A stretch of 51,404 bases of DNA, the filler included, from Dimargaris cristalligena (lineage: Eukaryota): NCBI GenBank assembly GCA_003614675.1. It is 2 parts of 2 records of this genome, joined end to end, with 100 filler letters (N's around TTAATTAATTAA, not from the genome) between each part and the next. Parts side by side here need not be neighbours in the genome. Positions count along the whole stretch, not along the records: positions 1 to 25,704 come from ML002558.1; positions 25,805 to 51,404 come from ML002559.1. One strand, written 5' to 3'. The notes below the pieces were generated by a model, which saw nothing but the letters and a program-made list of their open reading frames with translations, did not search any database and was not told the origin of the DNA. This document shows positions 14,588 through 27,271 of this stretch, one piece after another. The position numbers and the translations under genes are program-made. Each line of letters opens with the position of its first letter. Within the stretch, counting starts at the first letter, position 1.

Positions 14588-16692
14588 AAACCGTGTTCAA
14601 ACATTGAAATTCAATGCAAGCGAATAAAGACAATTCAACCCTTCATAATAGATGCAATTTGACTTTTTTCGAAACCCCCGGAAGACAAGTGTCGGGGGGT
14701 TTTAAACTTTGGGACTTCCAGAAAAGAAAAAGGAGGGAAAAGACGCGCCCCAAAAACCGGAATGCCTTTAGGAAAGATACGCCCAATAATACAAGCCGAA
14801 TATTAATGGGAACGGAAGAGAGAGTGAGTGAGGGGGCACACCCTTTCACCCTATTGTTATGATTCCGTTTTTATTTTCTCTGAGCCGGGCAGGTCAGTGA
14901 ACTCCAAAAACAAATAAGTGACGGATGCTGAATGGGGCGAAACAGAAAGCAACGCGTCATACCTCCAGAACTCAGCCTGCACGATCAGACAATGTCGCTT
15001 GGAGCCGACCGGCCCGCTGCACTTGCTTGCTGGGGCATCTCCAGGAAAACTCGGTTTTGCCAAAAAGATGAATTAAAGGAAATGACCACGCCTGGCAGCG
15101 AGCGGACGTGTGAGTTTTTTGCTTTCCAACAATGAGTCTGATGGAGGCGAGGTGGCCTCCCAGCCATCCCCTTTTTAAAGGGGCGGGTTTTGGAGTGGGT
15201 GACGGGGTAAAATAGCGGTAAAGCGCGTAGAGAAATCTTGGGCTTCCGCTCCGCATTCCCAATCAGTAAACTACGCGAAGAGAGAGAGCGGGAATTGGGG
15301 AGATGAACCCTTTCATAGAGCTGATTTTAGATAGCTATGAGCACAGCCCCAGTTGTACCATTCTTGTTGAACCTTGGCCATATTAGCCATTTCCCGAAAT
15401 AACCATGTTGCAGTCGCCTTGGTGTCTTTCCACTGTATAGGGCATTCAACTCACGTCACCCATCCGGTGGGCGCATGATGATTGTGCCCAGCCGAAGCCC
15501 TAACAGATCAGATGTACTATGATCAATGAAGCCGAGGTTACATGGTGGTGGGTGTAGACAGAACGGCCACACGAGCGTGCACCCGCCATACACACGCACA
15601 TAGACATACATACACCCTTACGTACGTACACACCCTCCCACCCAACCGTTGACCCAACCCTCATTCCGCTTAAGTCGTAGACACCCCACCATACCGCTGG
15701 GGAAGGTGAGCGGCCGCAAAAGAAAGGTCTCGAACCCCGCGAGGTGGCGAATTTATATAGAGTGGCCGCTTGTTCAGATGCATGAATAGAATTCACCGCC
15801 TGCAGTGCCGTGCCAAGTCGGGGCTATCGACTGCCGTGGACCTATTTTTATGCCATCATGCGGTCTTCATACGTCAACAAATAACGGTTTAATATACCCA
15901 TGCACGCTTAGTGGGGCTCATTGTAAAAATAGACTATCATTTATATAGATGGGGCGAGACAAGAGCTATGACATGGAGCAGTCGCTTGGCTATTTCAACA
16001 AATAGGGTAGGGCAACAAGGAATTCCATATGGCGAAAGCATAGTATAGGTGCGACTCGGGCGGAGCAGTAGATGAAAAGCATAAGGGGGAGCGGGAGATG
16101 AAGAGGCCCCGGGCGTGACTGGGAAGCCCTTCATAGATATGGGTATAGCGACCGCGAAGGCGGAACATGTGGGCACCGACAAGTGGGTGTTCAGTTTATT
16201 TGACCACTCTCCTTCCCCGGCCGACGGCCCGCTGGGAAAGACCGAGGGGGCTGGAATGACATTTCCTCGAACGGACCTAGTATAATGGAATAGGGCCATT
16301 TCTGAGGCACAACTATAAGTCAAGGAAGCGGAGAGAGAGAGAGAGAGACCCTTATTCCGCAGGATGGATGAACCTTGGTGGGATTCGATCACGCCGCTAC
16401 CCACCCTCCCCATCCTCGGCCACCCTCACCCGATGGGCTTGTGATACCCCCCCTAAAAAAGAGCACGCATCCTATCCTTTTCCGCTCCCTCCCCCCTTTT
16501 CGCTGTCCTCGGGGGGCGCCTGGCTGGCTTCTTTGTTGCCGAATCGACCCTACAGATGCACAGCGTCGGGTCACATCCCCCCCTCTCTCTCTCTCCTCTA
16601 CGCTGTCACCGCCATGGCAAGTCCTTTCCACACTGGCCATCCAGCTGATACCGCGTCAATCAAAGTCACTCATGTCTCAATTGACAGCCGCC

Positions 16693-16700
16693 TATAAATA
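16693..16700 (+). promoter_or_regulatory. TATA-box-like element ahead of a long pyrimidine-rich leader of the 441-aa ORF
   Basis: TATAAATA followed by CT-rich sequence (16760-16810). A second TATAAATA lies at 17496-17503. Function is inferred. Confidence 0.35.
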
Positions 16701-17799
16701 CCCGTGCCGAGAACCTCCCATCCAAGGGGGTTTTTCATCGTGATCCCATAGCAGCCCGGCCCTCGCTCTATCTCTCTCTATCCCTCTCATTATCTCTCTC
16801 TCCCTCTATCCTTTGGAATACCTTCCACTGCTTGGCCTACCAACGCCTTCTTTAAATACCCGCTAGCCCTGACTTGGTTTATTGACGCAGAGCGTCTACA
16901 CACACTCTCGGCATCCTACTACTTCTTCACTCGCGAACTTCCTCTTACTCCTCCTCCAGACTGTATTCATTAAACCCCCCTCCGCAAACCCCGAAACCTT
17001 CACATTAGGTCACACTATCTCGCCCCCTTTCCTTTCACCACCCCCTTGCCCTTTCCCGATAGTCGTCCGCCTTGGGGTATTCACCACATACAACCAGCCG
17101 TCAGCTTGCTATTGCGAAGCAATTCGACCCTTGTCTGCCTCCATGATCAATGATTAATTCGCAATTCCCAGCCCCGATAATCATCAAGCCTAAGACGCCT
17201 ACCACTTTCTGGGTCTTCTGTATTCCGCCTAGTCATATAAGACCGCGTTTAATTTACCCACACCCCCCTTGTCTTACTTAAATCACTGAATATTACTATT
17301 CATCAATCCGAGGTTGGTCACCTTATCGTTTATTCTGGCCCCTTGTGACCCTTACTTTCTCTCGAGACAATTTGTGTTTGGTCCTTCCGAACCTACCGTT
17401 ATCTTCCCCCGTTTGTCTTTTCTCCTGGCTGCTTTTGGCCCTCCGCAGCCTTCGGTCCCGAACTCCTGTCACCCAGCCTTTCTACCGAAAGGCCCTATAA
17501 ATACAGGCAACCCCGCCGGTACATTTCCATCCCCCCAATTATATCACTCCCCACTGAACTTTCACTAATTCATTCCCTTGTGTTTCACCTTCGATTCTCG
17601 TTAGACTACGGGTTACCACTACTCTTCACACACCACCTGCACACGTGGCTTGCCCTTTTAGCTGTCCTTTCCAGTAATATTGTATTACTATTATTATCAT
17701 TATTATTATCATTATTATTTCGTTGACTAGTCAGCCCGGCCCGATTTCCCCCCCCTCGTCCGATCACTTCCCGCTCTCATACGTGTTTAATTAATTATT

Positions 17800-19125
17800 A
17801 TGTCGGTCGTTTACCAATACCTAAGCAATGTGCTTAGCCATAGCCGTTCGACCCCCACCGAGTCGCCCAGCCGGTCATACATCCGGACCAAATCCGGGTG
17901 GAAAACCTCGCAGACTAACCACAAGTCCGCCCTAGAGGTCCTGAAAAGTATCTCGGCCCTAAGCGGCAACACCGTGTCCAATTCCAACTCCGTCACTCCC
18001 TTGGCCCAGGTCAAGTCGCACTACTTTGATATTCACGCGTCTTCCCCATCCCAAACCGAGACGGACACCCCACCTTCCGTGACCACTGCCACCCATAGTG
18101 ACTCCCCCCTCCCCATGCCCTGCCAACAGCACCACCACTACCGTCGCCAACAGCAGCAGCAGCCACAGCCACAGCAACCCATCTTCGACCTGGCCTCTAG
18201 CCCCGTTTGTCAATTGGTGGCTGGTGAGACCCTGTCCAGTGTGGAAATGTCCGCTCCATCCACTATTCCCTTGCAGATGTTCCCTGCAGTTCACCTCCAG
18301 CCTGACCAGGTAACCGCATTCCCGTCTTCCCCCAACGTGTCCGGTGCTAACAACACTCATATCAGCAGCAGTAGTCGCAGTAGCAGCAGTGATAGCGACA
18401 GTGATAATGAAGCCAGTGTGGTGGAATGCAACGCCCGCACCCAAGGCCTATGCCCTGCGTCGGTGAACCCAACGGCCCTGGCCACCTCTACCCCCATGAC
18501 CGCTGGTCGGTTTATTCGGCAAACTATCAAGGTCAGCCGGTCCAAGGTTCGCGACTCGGCCTCCCTGCGGGGTTCGCACCAGCGACGACGGGATCACCCA
18601 GCGACATCGCCCTCCTTCAAACGGATGCCCATTCTGCCCTCCCTCAGTCCCTACCCGGCCCGGCCCTTCATCTCGGACGACACCGCCGGCTCGGATTACT
18701 CGTACCCGCCCAGTAGTAGTTGCGGATTGCACACTCCCCCCTCCCGGTTCAGCTATCCTTTGTGTGAGGTGACCCCGAGCACCAGCCAACAGCAGCCCCT
18801 ACAATGGTGGGAGCCGCGGTGGGAAACCACCACCTCGGCCCGGGCTACTTCCGCGACCACCACTACCTCTCCCTATCCACCGCAAACCACCCCGTCTCGT
18901 CGCACTATCTCGGCGACCCAGCGGGGAGGTCCCTACAGCTATCGGCCCGACCCTGTCCCAATCAGCGCGGGTAGGGATGTCCCTCTGTACATTACCATCT
19001 TCAATATGCCGCCCCGGCATACTGACCAACAACTGGCGCGCAACTTGCTCGACGGAGCGCTACAACTTCATGGCAAAGACATGGACATTGGCCGTCTGTA
19101 CGACGACCATTATCATGTGTGGTAA
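17800..19125 (+). CDS. Hypothetical 441-aa Ser/Thr/Pro/Gln-rich, largely disordered protein (intronless)
   Basis: 1326-nt ATG-to-TAA ORF, GC-richer than its flanks with C-ending codon bias, and UTR-like pyrimidine-rich flanks. No domain recognised. Confidence 0.8.
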   Translation: MSVVYQYLSNVLSHSRSTPTESPSRSYIRTKSGWKTSQTNHKSALEVLKSISALSGNTVSNSNSVTPLAQVKSHYFDIHASSPSQTETDTPPSVTTATHSDSPLPMPCQQHHHYRRQQQQQPQPQQPIFDLASSPVCQLVAGETLSSVEMSAPSTIPLQMFPAVHLQPDQVTAFPSSPNVSGANNTHISSSSRSSSSDSDSDNEASVVECNARTQGLCPASVNPTALATSTPMTAGRFIRQTIKVSRSKVRDSASLRGSHQRRRDHPATSPSFKRMPILPSLSPYPARPFISDDTAGSDYSYPPSSSCGLHTPPSRFSYPLCEVTPSTSQQQPLQWWEPRWETTTSARATSATTTTSPYPPQTTPSRRTISATQRGGPYSYRPDPVPISAGRDVPLYITIFNMPPRHTDQQLARNLLDGALQLHGKDMDIGRLYDDHYHVW

Positions 19126-21514
19126 ACTGGAACGCTTTCGTAGAGTCCATCCATTGGGGTTTCCTCCAATCTTTCCAATATTTTACTACTATTACTATTC
19201 CACCCGCATGGTTTTTACCTCCCTCAACCTTATTTCTCAGTCTCCCTCTCTCCCCTTCGCCCCTCACATTGCAAAACACATTTTGGTTGGTCACACCTAA
19301 CCATTCCCCTCCCCCCCTCCTACCACTTGTACATCTCTACTGCTCCGCCCTTCTATTTTTCGTATATTCCCCCCCTTCACTTATTCTTTATCCTTGGGTT
19401 CTTGCCCTAATCTTTATTAATCGCCATATAATTAATTAATATTTACCGTCTATCCCTGTATACAATGTAATCCACACTTCCCCCTTTCTCCCCCCACATC
19501 ACTCGCTCCATTTTAATCCTAATGTTTATCCACCACGGCCTGACCGTGTACGCGCCCCCTCTCGTGCACTGGTCTGACGGTGAACCTGACCCATTCTCTC
19601 CCCTTCCACTCATCCGCGCCCCCACTCTCTTTCTCTCCTGCCCTTCTTTAAGCTACAGCTATTGCGTTCTTCCACCTGCACTTCTCGACAGGATGTGATT
19701 GTACATGCAAGTCATGCGGATGCCTTGCCTAACCATTCCTTCAATATACCGTGACATATTCACGTCTTCCTCCCCCGATCGGATATTCTCCCTCTCTTTC
19801 TCCCCATATTTCATATATTTATATTCACCATCCCCCCCCTATATTATGGTTTATCCGGGGTCCTCGTAACGTGCCCTCCAATAGGGACTTGGCATGGGCG
19901 CATTTGAAGGGGGGGATTCGAAGTAACCCTTCGCTGTAACATCACCACCACTCATTGCACCTGTACCTCTCCATACTTGCTTTTTTTTTAAGCACACCCT
20001 CCCCCCTTTTCTCCATTTTTTGAGAGCTGGTTTGATCCACAATATTCATTGCGTTAAAATCCCGCACTTTGCCTATCCGGTTGGTAAAATACGAATGCAT
20101 CACAATTAAAGAATAAATACCATACAAATATTAACTCCGGCGTGGACGGCAACTATTACATGGGCTGTTTTAGAGGCTGGCCTTTACCTATGGACGGATT
20201 GGTTGATTTAATTTGAGGATGAATTCGGAACTAGAGCCCAACTTTGTGGAGGGAAAGCAGATTCGCTGCATACTAGTCTAAGGCGACTGACGTAATTACT
20301 ACTTTCACCCCTTGAGCAACCAAGCCAAACGTAAATAGATTACAATACTGGAAAGCCTGGGCTGGATAAGGATAATGAACTGGCTGTCGTTGGACGCCTA
20401 AAGGGCCCCTCCCCCTTCTCAGCTAGGATTGGATGGCCTAGGGGTATTTTAGCTATACCCACATATCATCTTACCAGCCGGAATCTCTGGGCTGACCACC
20501 AGGTGAACGCTGGGCTGCTAAATCCAATTGGGCACATGTCGGAGTCAAAATTGGGTGTTCCGAGCACATGCCCTTATTTGGGTGGGCAACCTACGCTACA
20601 ATAGGCCATGGCCTCTGATGAACATCTGAAACATCAGCATGAACGTGAAGTAGTCCGGGTTGTCTAACATCCCGTTATCGGCAATTGGACGCCTGCTGTG
20701 TAAATGAAATCGGAGCCGATAGTAACTAGTGCCTGCACCAGCTACGGATGGAAGGGGAAGAGGGTGTGTGGAGTGTGGTATGGGGGGGGATAGAGGATGG
20801 AGGCCCAATATGACCTAAAAGTAGAATACCATGCATATTCCCCAACCGGATTTCCGTGCAGTTGGGATGCGGGGAAACCGTCTTTAGACCCACTTGACCC
20901 TATTGTTGTCACCCTTGTTACTATATTAGGACAGTGTAGATATTATTTTTTTGAGTCTTATGTGATTGTCTTTACCGCCTCTTCACATTCACGACTTCAC
21001 GCCGGACTGCCGGCTGACTTGATTGATTGATTTTAATACGTAAACGGAAGTTTAAGAATGCTAAGGGGATAAAAATATATATCAGAAATGAACCCCAAAA
21101 GTATACTAACACTACCTAGGTTCGCCTTAAATCCCACACTATCCGTAAACGTATTTCATTCAGTAAATTTTACATTTGGCATCGACGTCGATAAACCAAT
21201 ATACATAACGATAAGGGGGAGGTGGCAATGACCCATTGGTCAGCCATTTTGCCCAATCTCGCATCTAATCGACTAAGGAGACGGGGAGGCGGTGGGGAGG
21301 ATCGAATATTATCGTTTAAATCGAGTAGGATAGGCCAAAACGAAATTTCGGTCGAACATTCGACCTCCAAAAGCCCTATGGTCTTGCATAGCGCGATATA
21401 AGGGGTCACCATCGGAGGATTAAAATGTATTGAAACTTCGATCGCATGGTCCAGGTCAAGACGTGATGTGTCGGAGGAGGAGAAATTAAAAGGGTAGAAA
21501 AGGGGGTAGGGTCA

Positions 21515-21540
21515 TTATTATTATTATTATTATTATTATT
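21515..21540. repeat. (ATT)n microsatellite
   Basis: attattattattattattattattatt read directly. Confidence 0.85.
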
Positions 21541-21753
21541 TAAAAAAAACTCCGCCCATTCAAAGGGTGATTCGTTTCTGGATTGCCACCCCTCACCTTC
21601 GACCGAATAACATGGTCGGTGGAGACCAGCTGACAATATCGGACAGTTGCAATACCTCCCATTCCAATGGGGGGAAACCCCCAAGGAGAGATGAAAAGCT
21701 ATTCAATAAATAGATATAATTTAAGTTGGTTCGCTAATCTCAATGAAAGAGTA

Positions 21754-21776
21754 TGGGAGGGAGGGAGGGAGGGAGG

Positions 21777-21810
<34 letters not shown>
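21754..21810. repeat. (GGGA)n-(GA)n compound microsatellite
   Basis: GGGA units followed by about 15 GA units, read directly. Confidence 0.85.
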
Positions 21811-21814
<4 letters not shown>

Positions 21815-23017
21815 GTTAAATGAGCCACTGTGTAGGGCATTTTAATTAACTGTTTGTTCTAAAACTATGGGTAATCATTTGACCAGGCTACATCTCAGTA
21901 AACCGGAATTAACCTGTAAAGTCCGTCGACCCAGTTAGTAGGCGTCCTAGAGGACACATTAAATTGGGACAAGGAACTAAAGGGGGAAATATATATTAAT
22001 TGATGTTTATTCAGCACGGCAATTCAGTAATAAACCCAGCAATGAGGGTTAGATTATTATTTGGTAAATAGATTCATAGTATAGCCACCTAAATTACTTT
22101 GCCGGATTTTTTATCCGACAGTTGTGCAGCAACACACGTACCAATAAGGATTACCTCCAATGGCACTAATTGAAAGTGAGGAAGGCGGGGAATATGGTCA
22201 TGGACCAATTCCATTAAAACCGTACTATATGGGATACGTGATAAAATAAGGGAGGCCGGTTAGTTTACCAAATGAGGAATGACCGACCTATTGGGGGTTA
22301 CGTGAAGAGGTGTTTTAGCAAATTCGCCTGAAGGGAGTGGGGATTGGCTTAACCCTAAAAAGGGGACCATGTGTGACGGCATAAACACCAACGGTGAGGT
22401 TAAACCAACACTAGCGATGGCTCATCTACAATGGTCGGATATTAAGATTCCAATGGCGGTCACTTTGGGCAGTGTTGGGCCACCAGGACTACTACGGAAT
22501 TTAGGTCAGGCCAGTGTCCCAAGCAATGATAACTCCCCCCTCCTCTCACACAGGGGCCCGCGATGGATGGGCTGATTCTGGAGACATCGGCTACTACCAC
22601 ATCTACAATATAGCCCCTACAAAATGATATTACCTACGGTTTTTCTTAACGTTTGGAAAATCTTAGGCTGGTTTAGTAATTACATAGAAGGCGACGTTAA
22701 TTAATTTGTTATATATTTAATGGATTCGCCAATTTTTAGGGACCAATGAGGTTAAGAAGAGTCATTCAATGCCCAGGGACTGTATAGTAGTAATATCACC
22801 TTAAGAATCAAACATATTTATATAGCCATAATTGAGCAGCTGCGGATATTAATTGGGTATGACTGATGGATTAGACCAAAAAAATAAGCTGAATTATTTT
22901 TACCCCTTCCGTATAGGCTGGTCATATATGTGGGTCCGTCGTATGTCAGGAAATAAAGGGAGAGGGAGGTCATGGCTAATTTGACCCACCGCTGGATAGT
23001 TGAGGCGGGAATTATCA

Positions 23018-25176
23018 CTACCCTGTTACCGAATCCCGGTCGGTGACTTGATAAACACGGTACTGGTGGTTGAGTTTGGAGAAATTATGTACGCCGAAAT
23101 TTGATTTTAAGCCCCCTTCTTCGGGGTTGGTATCTAAGTAAAATAGACGTCTAATGCGTGAGTGGGTAAGCGCCATACTACACCTGATAGATAGGGTTGG
23201 GGGGAGGGGGGTTGCAATTGAGTAAAAAGGGTTACACCATTGACCAGCCGGGGGAAGGGTTGGTGTAATTTGCATTAGTAGGTCCAAATGAGGATTGGGT
23301 GGTGGGAAACACTAGGGAGGACGATCATCGACTAATTCCGGTCCACATTTCAGGATACTGAAAAAGTCGGGGAATGGGCGAACGTGAGGGGGCTAAAAAT
23401 ACTTACATAACGCAGGGTTCCATGGTGGTGTACACGTCGTATCCAGTGCAGAGATAACCGCTATTGGGTGTGGATGGACCTAGGTTAGCAGAGGTCTTGG
23501 TCAACTCATCAACTTGACCAGGATGTTGCTGTTCTCGCCGCTGTCTTTCCCGAAGAGCGACTTGCTCAATGGCGATCATAACAGCATGATCCAGGGGATT
23601 GGGTGAGGTGATTCGGCCATCGGTAGCCGAGGCTAGAACAGTATCCGACTGAGGATCTACCACTACAACTCCTCTTGGAAACTGGCGGTAGGGATTATTC
23701 AGAGGAATCACAGCCGGCGACAGCAGGGAATAAGCACACGTACATAAACGGGCAGGCGTTTTTACAGTGAGAAAGAGATGGCATAATTCGATCCATATAG
23801 AAATAAACCCGAATATGGGCATTAGTTAAGGTGTGATTATAACAGAGTATTACTATGATTAAGTGATGGGCGGGGCAGTTCCAGTCGTATGGTTCGTTAG
23901 ATGGTCTTTACCTTATCCTGGTCCAGTGCCTTCACCATTTCAGTATGGGCTAAGGTCATGTACTTCTTTAGATTCTGCACCTCTTCTTCGTTAAGCGTCA
24001 TGCCACTGTAATTAGGAACAAATAGTATACAATTCCATATGTTTCATAGTATACAACAGATAAATCGATGGTTAGACGGCCATACCATCTCCCTTTCACT
24101 TAACTAAACTGCAATTAAAGCATACGAATACTGTCTGGTGGGCGCAATAAACCCACTGGCTAACCACGATATCAGCCAATTATATAGTAGAAGGACTCAC
24201 CGTTCCGGTCGCTCACGGAAAACTATAGGCCATAACGATTTCCAAACATCGAACTGGGCGCGTGTATAGGGTGGGTATTTGGGGACCGCCACCATTTTCG
24301 GATGCAGTTTCTCTCCTAGGCCAGCCTCGTCAATAAGAGAAAGGAGTGTTGTTAGAGTGATATCCCGAGCCCGACAAATTAAATAATTAAGTCGAAAACC
24401 TAAGTGGTCCAGAAAGGGAAGGGGGGGGTATCAGGGATATAATGCAACACCCTAGGTTTTAAAAAGAATTACATTTGCTGATAGCGACTATTACTGACTA
24501 AATAATCTGTGGGAGAAAAGCCGGTTTGAGTGTGACATTGCAACGTCCATATTCAAGAGAGCCATTGAACCGGCCAGCGACAATATAGCAATCAAGAAAT
24601 CACATACACGTATACGATAAAACCATCCGACTCACCTTTACCATCGCCATCGGGTTGACGTTTAAATCGCTTAACGTGCTCCAAATCCTCCAGTGGTGGG
24701 CATTTTGACGACACAAACCTGACGGTGTGCCAGGTAGAAGGTTTTCAGGGGGGGGGAAGAGTACAAACAACGTGGAGGGTTTTTATTACAAAATGATACT
24801 TTATAAATGAAAAGCTCGGAGGTTTTGCAATAGGGTTTGATCTGTCAACCACGAATTTCATTACATTGGCCAATTCAAATAATACAAGATAGGTGCTTAC
24901 TTCAAAATGGTCTGAGTATCCGACGGAATAACCACTGAAACAAACATGTCGACTATATAGAAATGTCAAAGTGTGCGCAAATAGAAGAGCAAAATAGACT
25001 ACAGTCAGTAAATGTGAAAGAAGTATGCATTTGGAAGAGCGGTGAGGCCTATATACCGCCAACCGGTCCCCGCGTTGTTCGACCCTGTGAGAACATAAAT
25101 GCGACTTTCAAGACCTACTGGTTTCCAGCTCTCGAGATTCCTCGAAGGGGAGAAGAGCATCGTACAGGCGTGTCAT
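23018..25176 (-). CDS. TAD3: tRNA-specific adenosine-34 deaminase non-catalytic subunit Tad3/ADAT3, 7 exons, ~308 aa
   Basis: Manually spliced with GT-AG introns in consistent phase: exons 25176-25119, 24952-24901, 24718-24636, 24399-24201, 24005-23912, 23681-23407, 23183-23018. Motifs: LEHVKRFK, VPKYPPYTRAQFDVWKSLWP, PLDHAVMIAI (HAV in place of catalytic HAE), [35 protein letters not shown]. Confidence 0.93.
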
Positions 25177-25436
25177 GAGCGCTTAACAAGACAAGGTCAA
25201 ATATTGGCAAAAATAAAATATTCTAAAACAAACCAGCTGTTCCTATTTAGAGTATAAAATAAATATACAACGGCAAAAAAAAGTCGACTATCGGGAAACG
25301 AAGGGTAGCAAAAGTTGTAATGGGGGGAATTCTTTCAACATGGACATGGACCTGAGCAAATTGGGTGCCCAGGGGTGCAAAAAAGGGGGGTTTGGCGAAG
25401 AAATGAAAGTGCTCCTCTGAAGAAGGAAAATCCGAC

Positions 25437-25443
25437 AAAAAAA
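25437..25443 (-). terminator. RNA polymerase III oligo-T terminator of the tRNA-Asn gene
   Basis: T7 on the minus strand, 2 nt after the tRNA discriminator base. Confidence 0.75.
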
Positions 25444-25445
25444 GT

Positions 25446-25519
25446 CGCTCCTGGGTGGGCTTGAACCACCAACCTCCTGATTAACAGTCAGACGCGCTAG
25501 CCAATTGCGCCACAGAAGC
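25446..25519 (-). tRNA. tRNA-Asn (anticodon GTT), intronless
   Basis: GCTTCTGTGGCGCAATTGGCTAGCGCGTCTGACTGTTAATCAGGAGGTTGGTGGTTCAAGCCCACCCAGGAGCG. Acceptor stem GCTTCTG/CAGGAGC, anticodon loop CTGTTAA, T-arm GGTGG-TTCAAGC-CCACC. Confidence 0.97.
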
Positions 25520-25704
25520 CACTTACATTGTTGTGACAGGTACTGAACACCCTTAAGCTTTGGCGATGTCACCGATGATGTACCTAACGTCCATTAATCA
25601 AATTACTACCGTTTTACTATATTTAGCTTAGTTTATCAATTGCAATGTCATATCATAGCTATATCCATTTATCACCTTCTATATCATAGTTATATTTCGT
25701 TTAT

Positions 25705-25804
25705 NNNNNNNNNNNNNNNNNNNNNNNNNNNNNNNNNNNNNNNNNNNNTTAATTAATTAANNNNNNNNNNNNNNNNNNNNNNNNNNNNNNNNNNNNNNNN
25801 NNNN
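25705..25804. other. Artificial contig/gap linker (N44 + TTAATTAATTAA + N44)
   Basis: Exactly 100 bp, symmetric N runs, and a palindromic core with stop codons in all six frames. Confidence 0.97.
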
Positions 25805-26446
25805 CCCCCCCCCCCCCAAAAAAACACACACACGCAAAACCATTCCTTCACTTCACTCATACCCAGACAAGATTACACCTGAGCTAGGCTCGCTTTAGTG
25901 TAATGAAACCGACGCAATCATTGGCCAGCAGGGGTAACTATCTATTATGTGTATATGTATGTGGTGTGTGCTACTCATCTCCTACGTGTACGCCAATTCA
26001 GTGCCAGCAGGACTATCCTGTCGAAAGGGCCCTCGGGGTTGCCAAAACGACACACCCCGTCGTTGAACGGCAAAGAGGCCATCGCGTCATAAAGCGGGAA
26101 TCTATCCTTTATTGCTACTACGCGTTTGAACACTGCCGGTCGAAATCAAATACCATACACCCCCCTCCCCTTTGCAAGGTTCATATGGGAGAAGTTCATC
26201 TAGGCTATATAACGAAAAATCCATTTGACGAGGTAAATATCACTGGTCAAAAGTTATTCTCCCACATATTATCCCATACACAATATCATGTAAAATCTTA
26301 TACAATTAGGGTGAGGTTCACCCATATTGATCCCGATTTTGCTGAAGAGGGGGGGGCTTATGAGTGATACAACTGTACATGGGCTTTCCCTCTCCTTGAT
26401 TGTGAGCGGGGCAGAACCGGGAAGAGAGTGAGCGAATGTCATCTTA

Positions 26447-27057
26447 TTAGCGCCGGGCATACTTGACCTTGGGTTTTTTTGCGGGGGACTGGGCGACGGG
26501 CTCGGCCTGCCCAGCCCCGAAACCGGCCAGGAACGGCCATATGAATCCACCCAGCTTCACCACAGCATAGCCGGGAATGATGAGATACAGGTACCATACA
26601 TAGTGGGTAACCAGAGACCCCAGGTGGATAAACCACGTGACGTACAGGATATCAAACATGTACGAGGTCAGACCGGGGGCCGCCAAGTCTTCTCCGGCAC
26701 TGACCAGGTCGCCGCTAGGACCGTACCGGGGCTGACCCATGGACACCAGTTGCTGGAACATAAACAGCGACACGAGGAACGTCCCTACATAGGCCACGGC
26801 CACGGCCCAGCTCACCGTCCCGAAGCATACCACAAAGCGGATAAAGACGTACAGGCCATTGATGGCGAAAAAGAGCAGTTGTAAGCGCTGGATCGTCTGC
26901 TGATTGGTCACAGCCAGCTTCTTGGAGGCATTATTAGCCTAGGGAAGGAGAAGAGGGAATGGGGGTGTAGAGTGCGAAGGAGGTGAGAAGATGCGTCCAA
27001 GGGGGGAAAAAGGCGAATAGGATTGGAATACAGATAGGGAGATTAAGTACTGACCAT
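26447..27057 (-). CDS. SND2: SRP-independent targeting protein 2 / TMEM208 family membrane protein, ~164 aa
   Basis: Exon 1 is the ATG only (27057-27055), then intron GTCAGT...TAG (27054-26939), then exon 2 26938-26447, giving MANNASKKLAVTNQQTI. Family motifs PRYGPSGDLVSAGEDLAAPGLTSYMFDILYVTW and WYLYLIIPGYA; basic C-terminus. Confidence 0.9.
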
Positions 27058-27271
27058 GGGTGGACACGGAATGCAAGGAGTCGAGTAGGGTAGAGTAGAG
27101 TGGAAGGGATTCGAGTTGGCCAAATAAAGCAGGGTGAGATAGAGATGGTCGAGAGAGTGCCCCTGGGTATTATAACAAGCAGGAAAGGAAGAGATGGAGA
27201 GAAACCGGTGGAGACTGCTTAGCCTGAATGGCACTCTATCTCTTTGCCTGGGGAGGGATAATAAATTATTG

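Noticed and set aside
20616-20633. Second CTGATGA...GAAAC
   Set aside because: No stem II or flanking stems.
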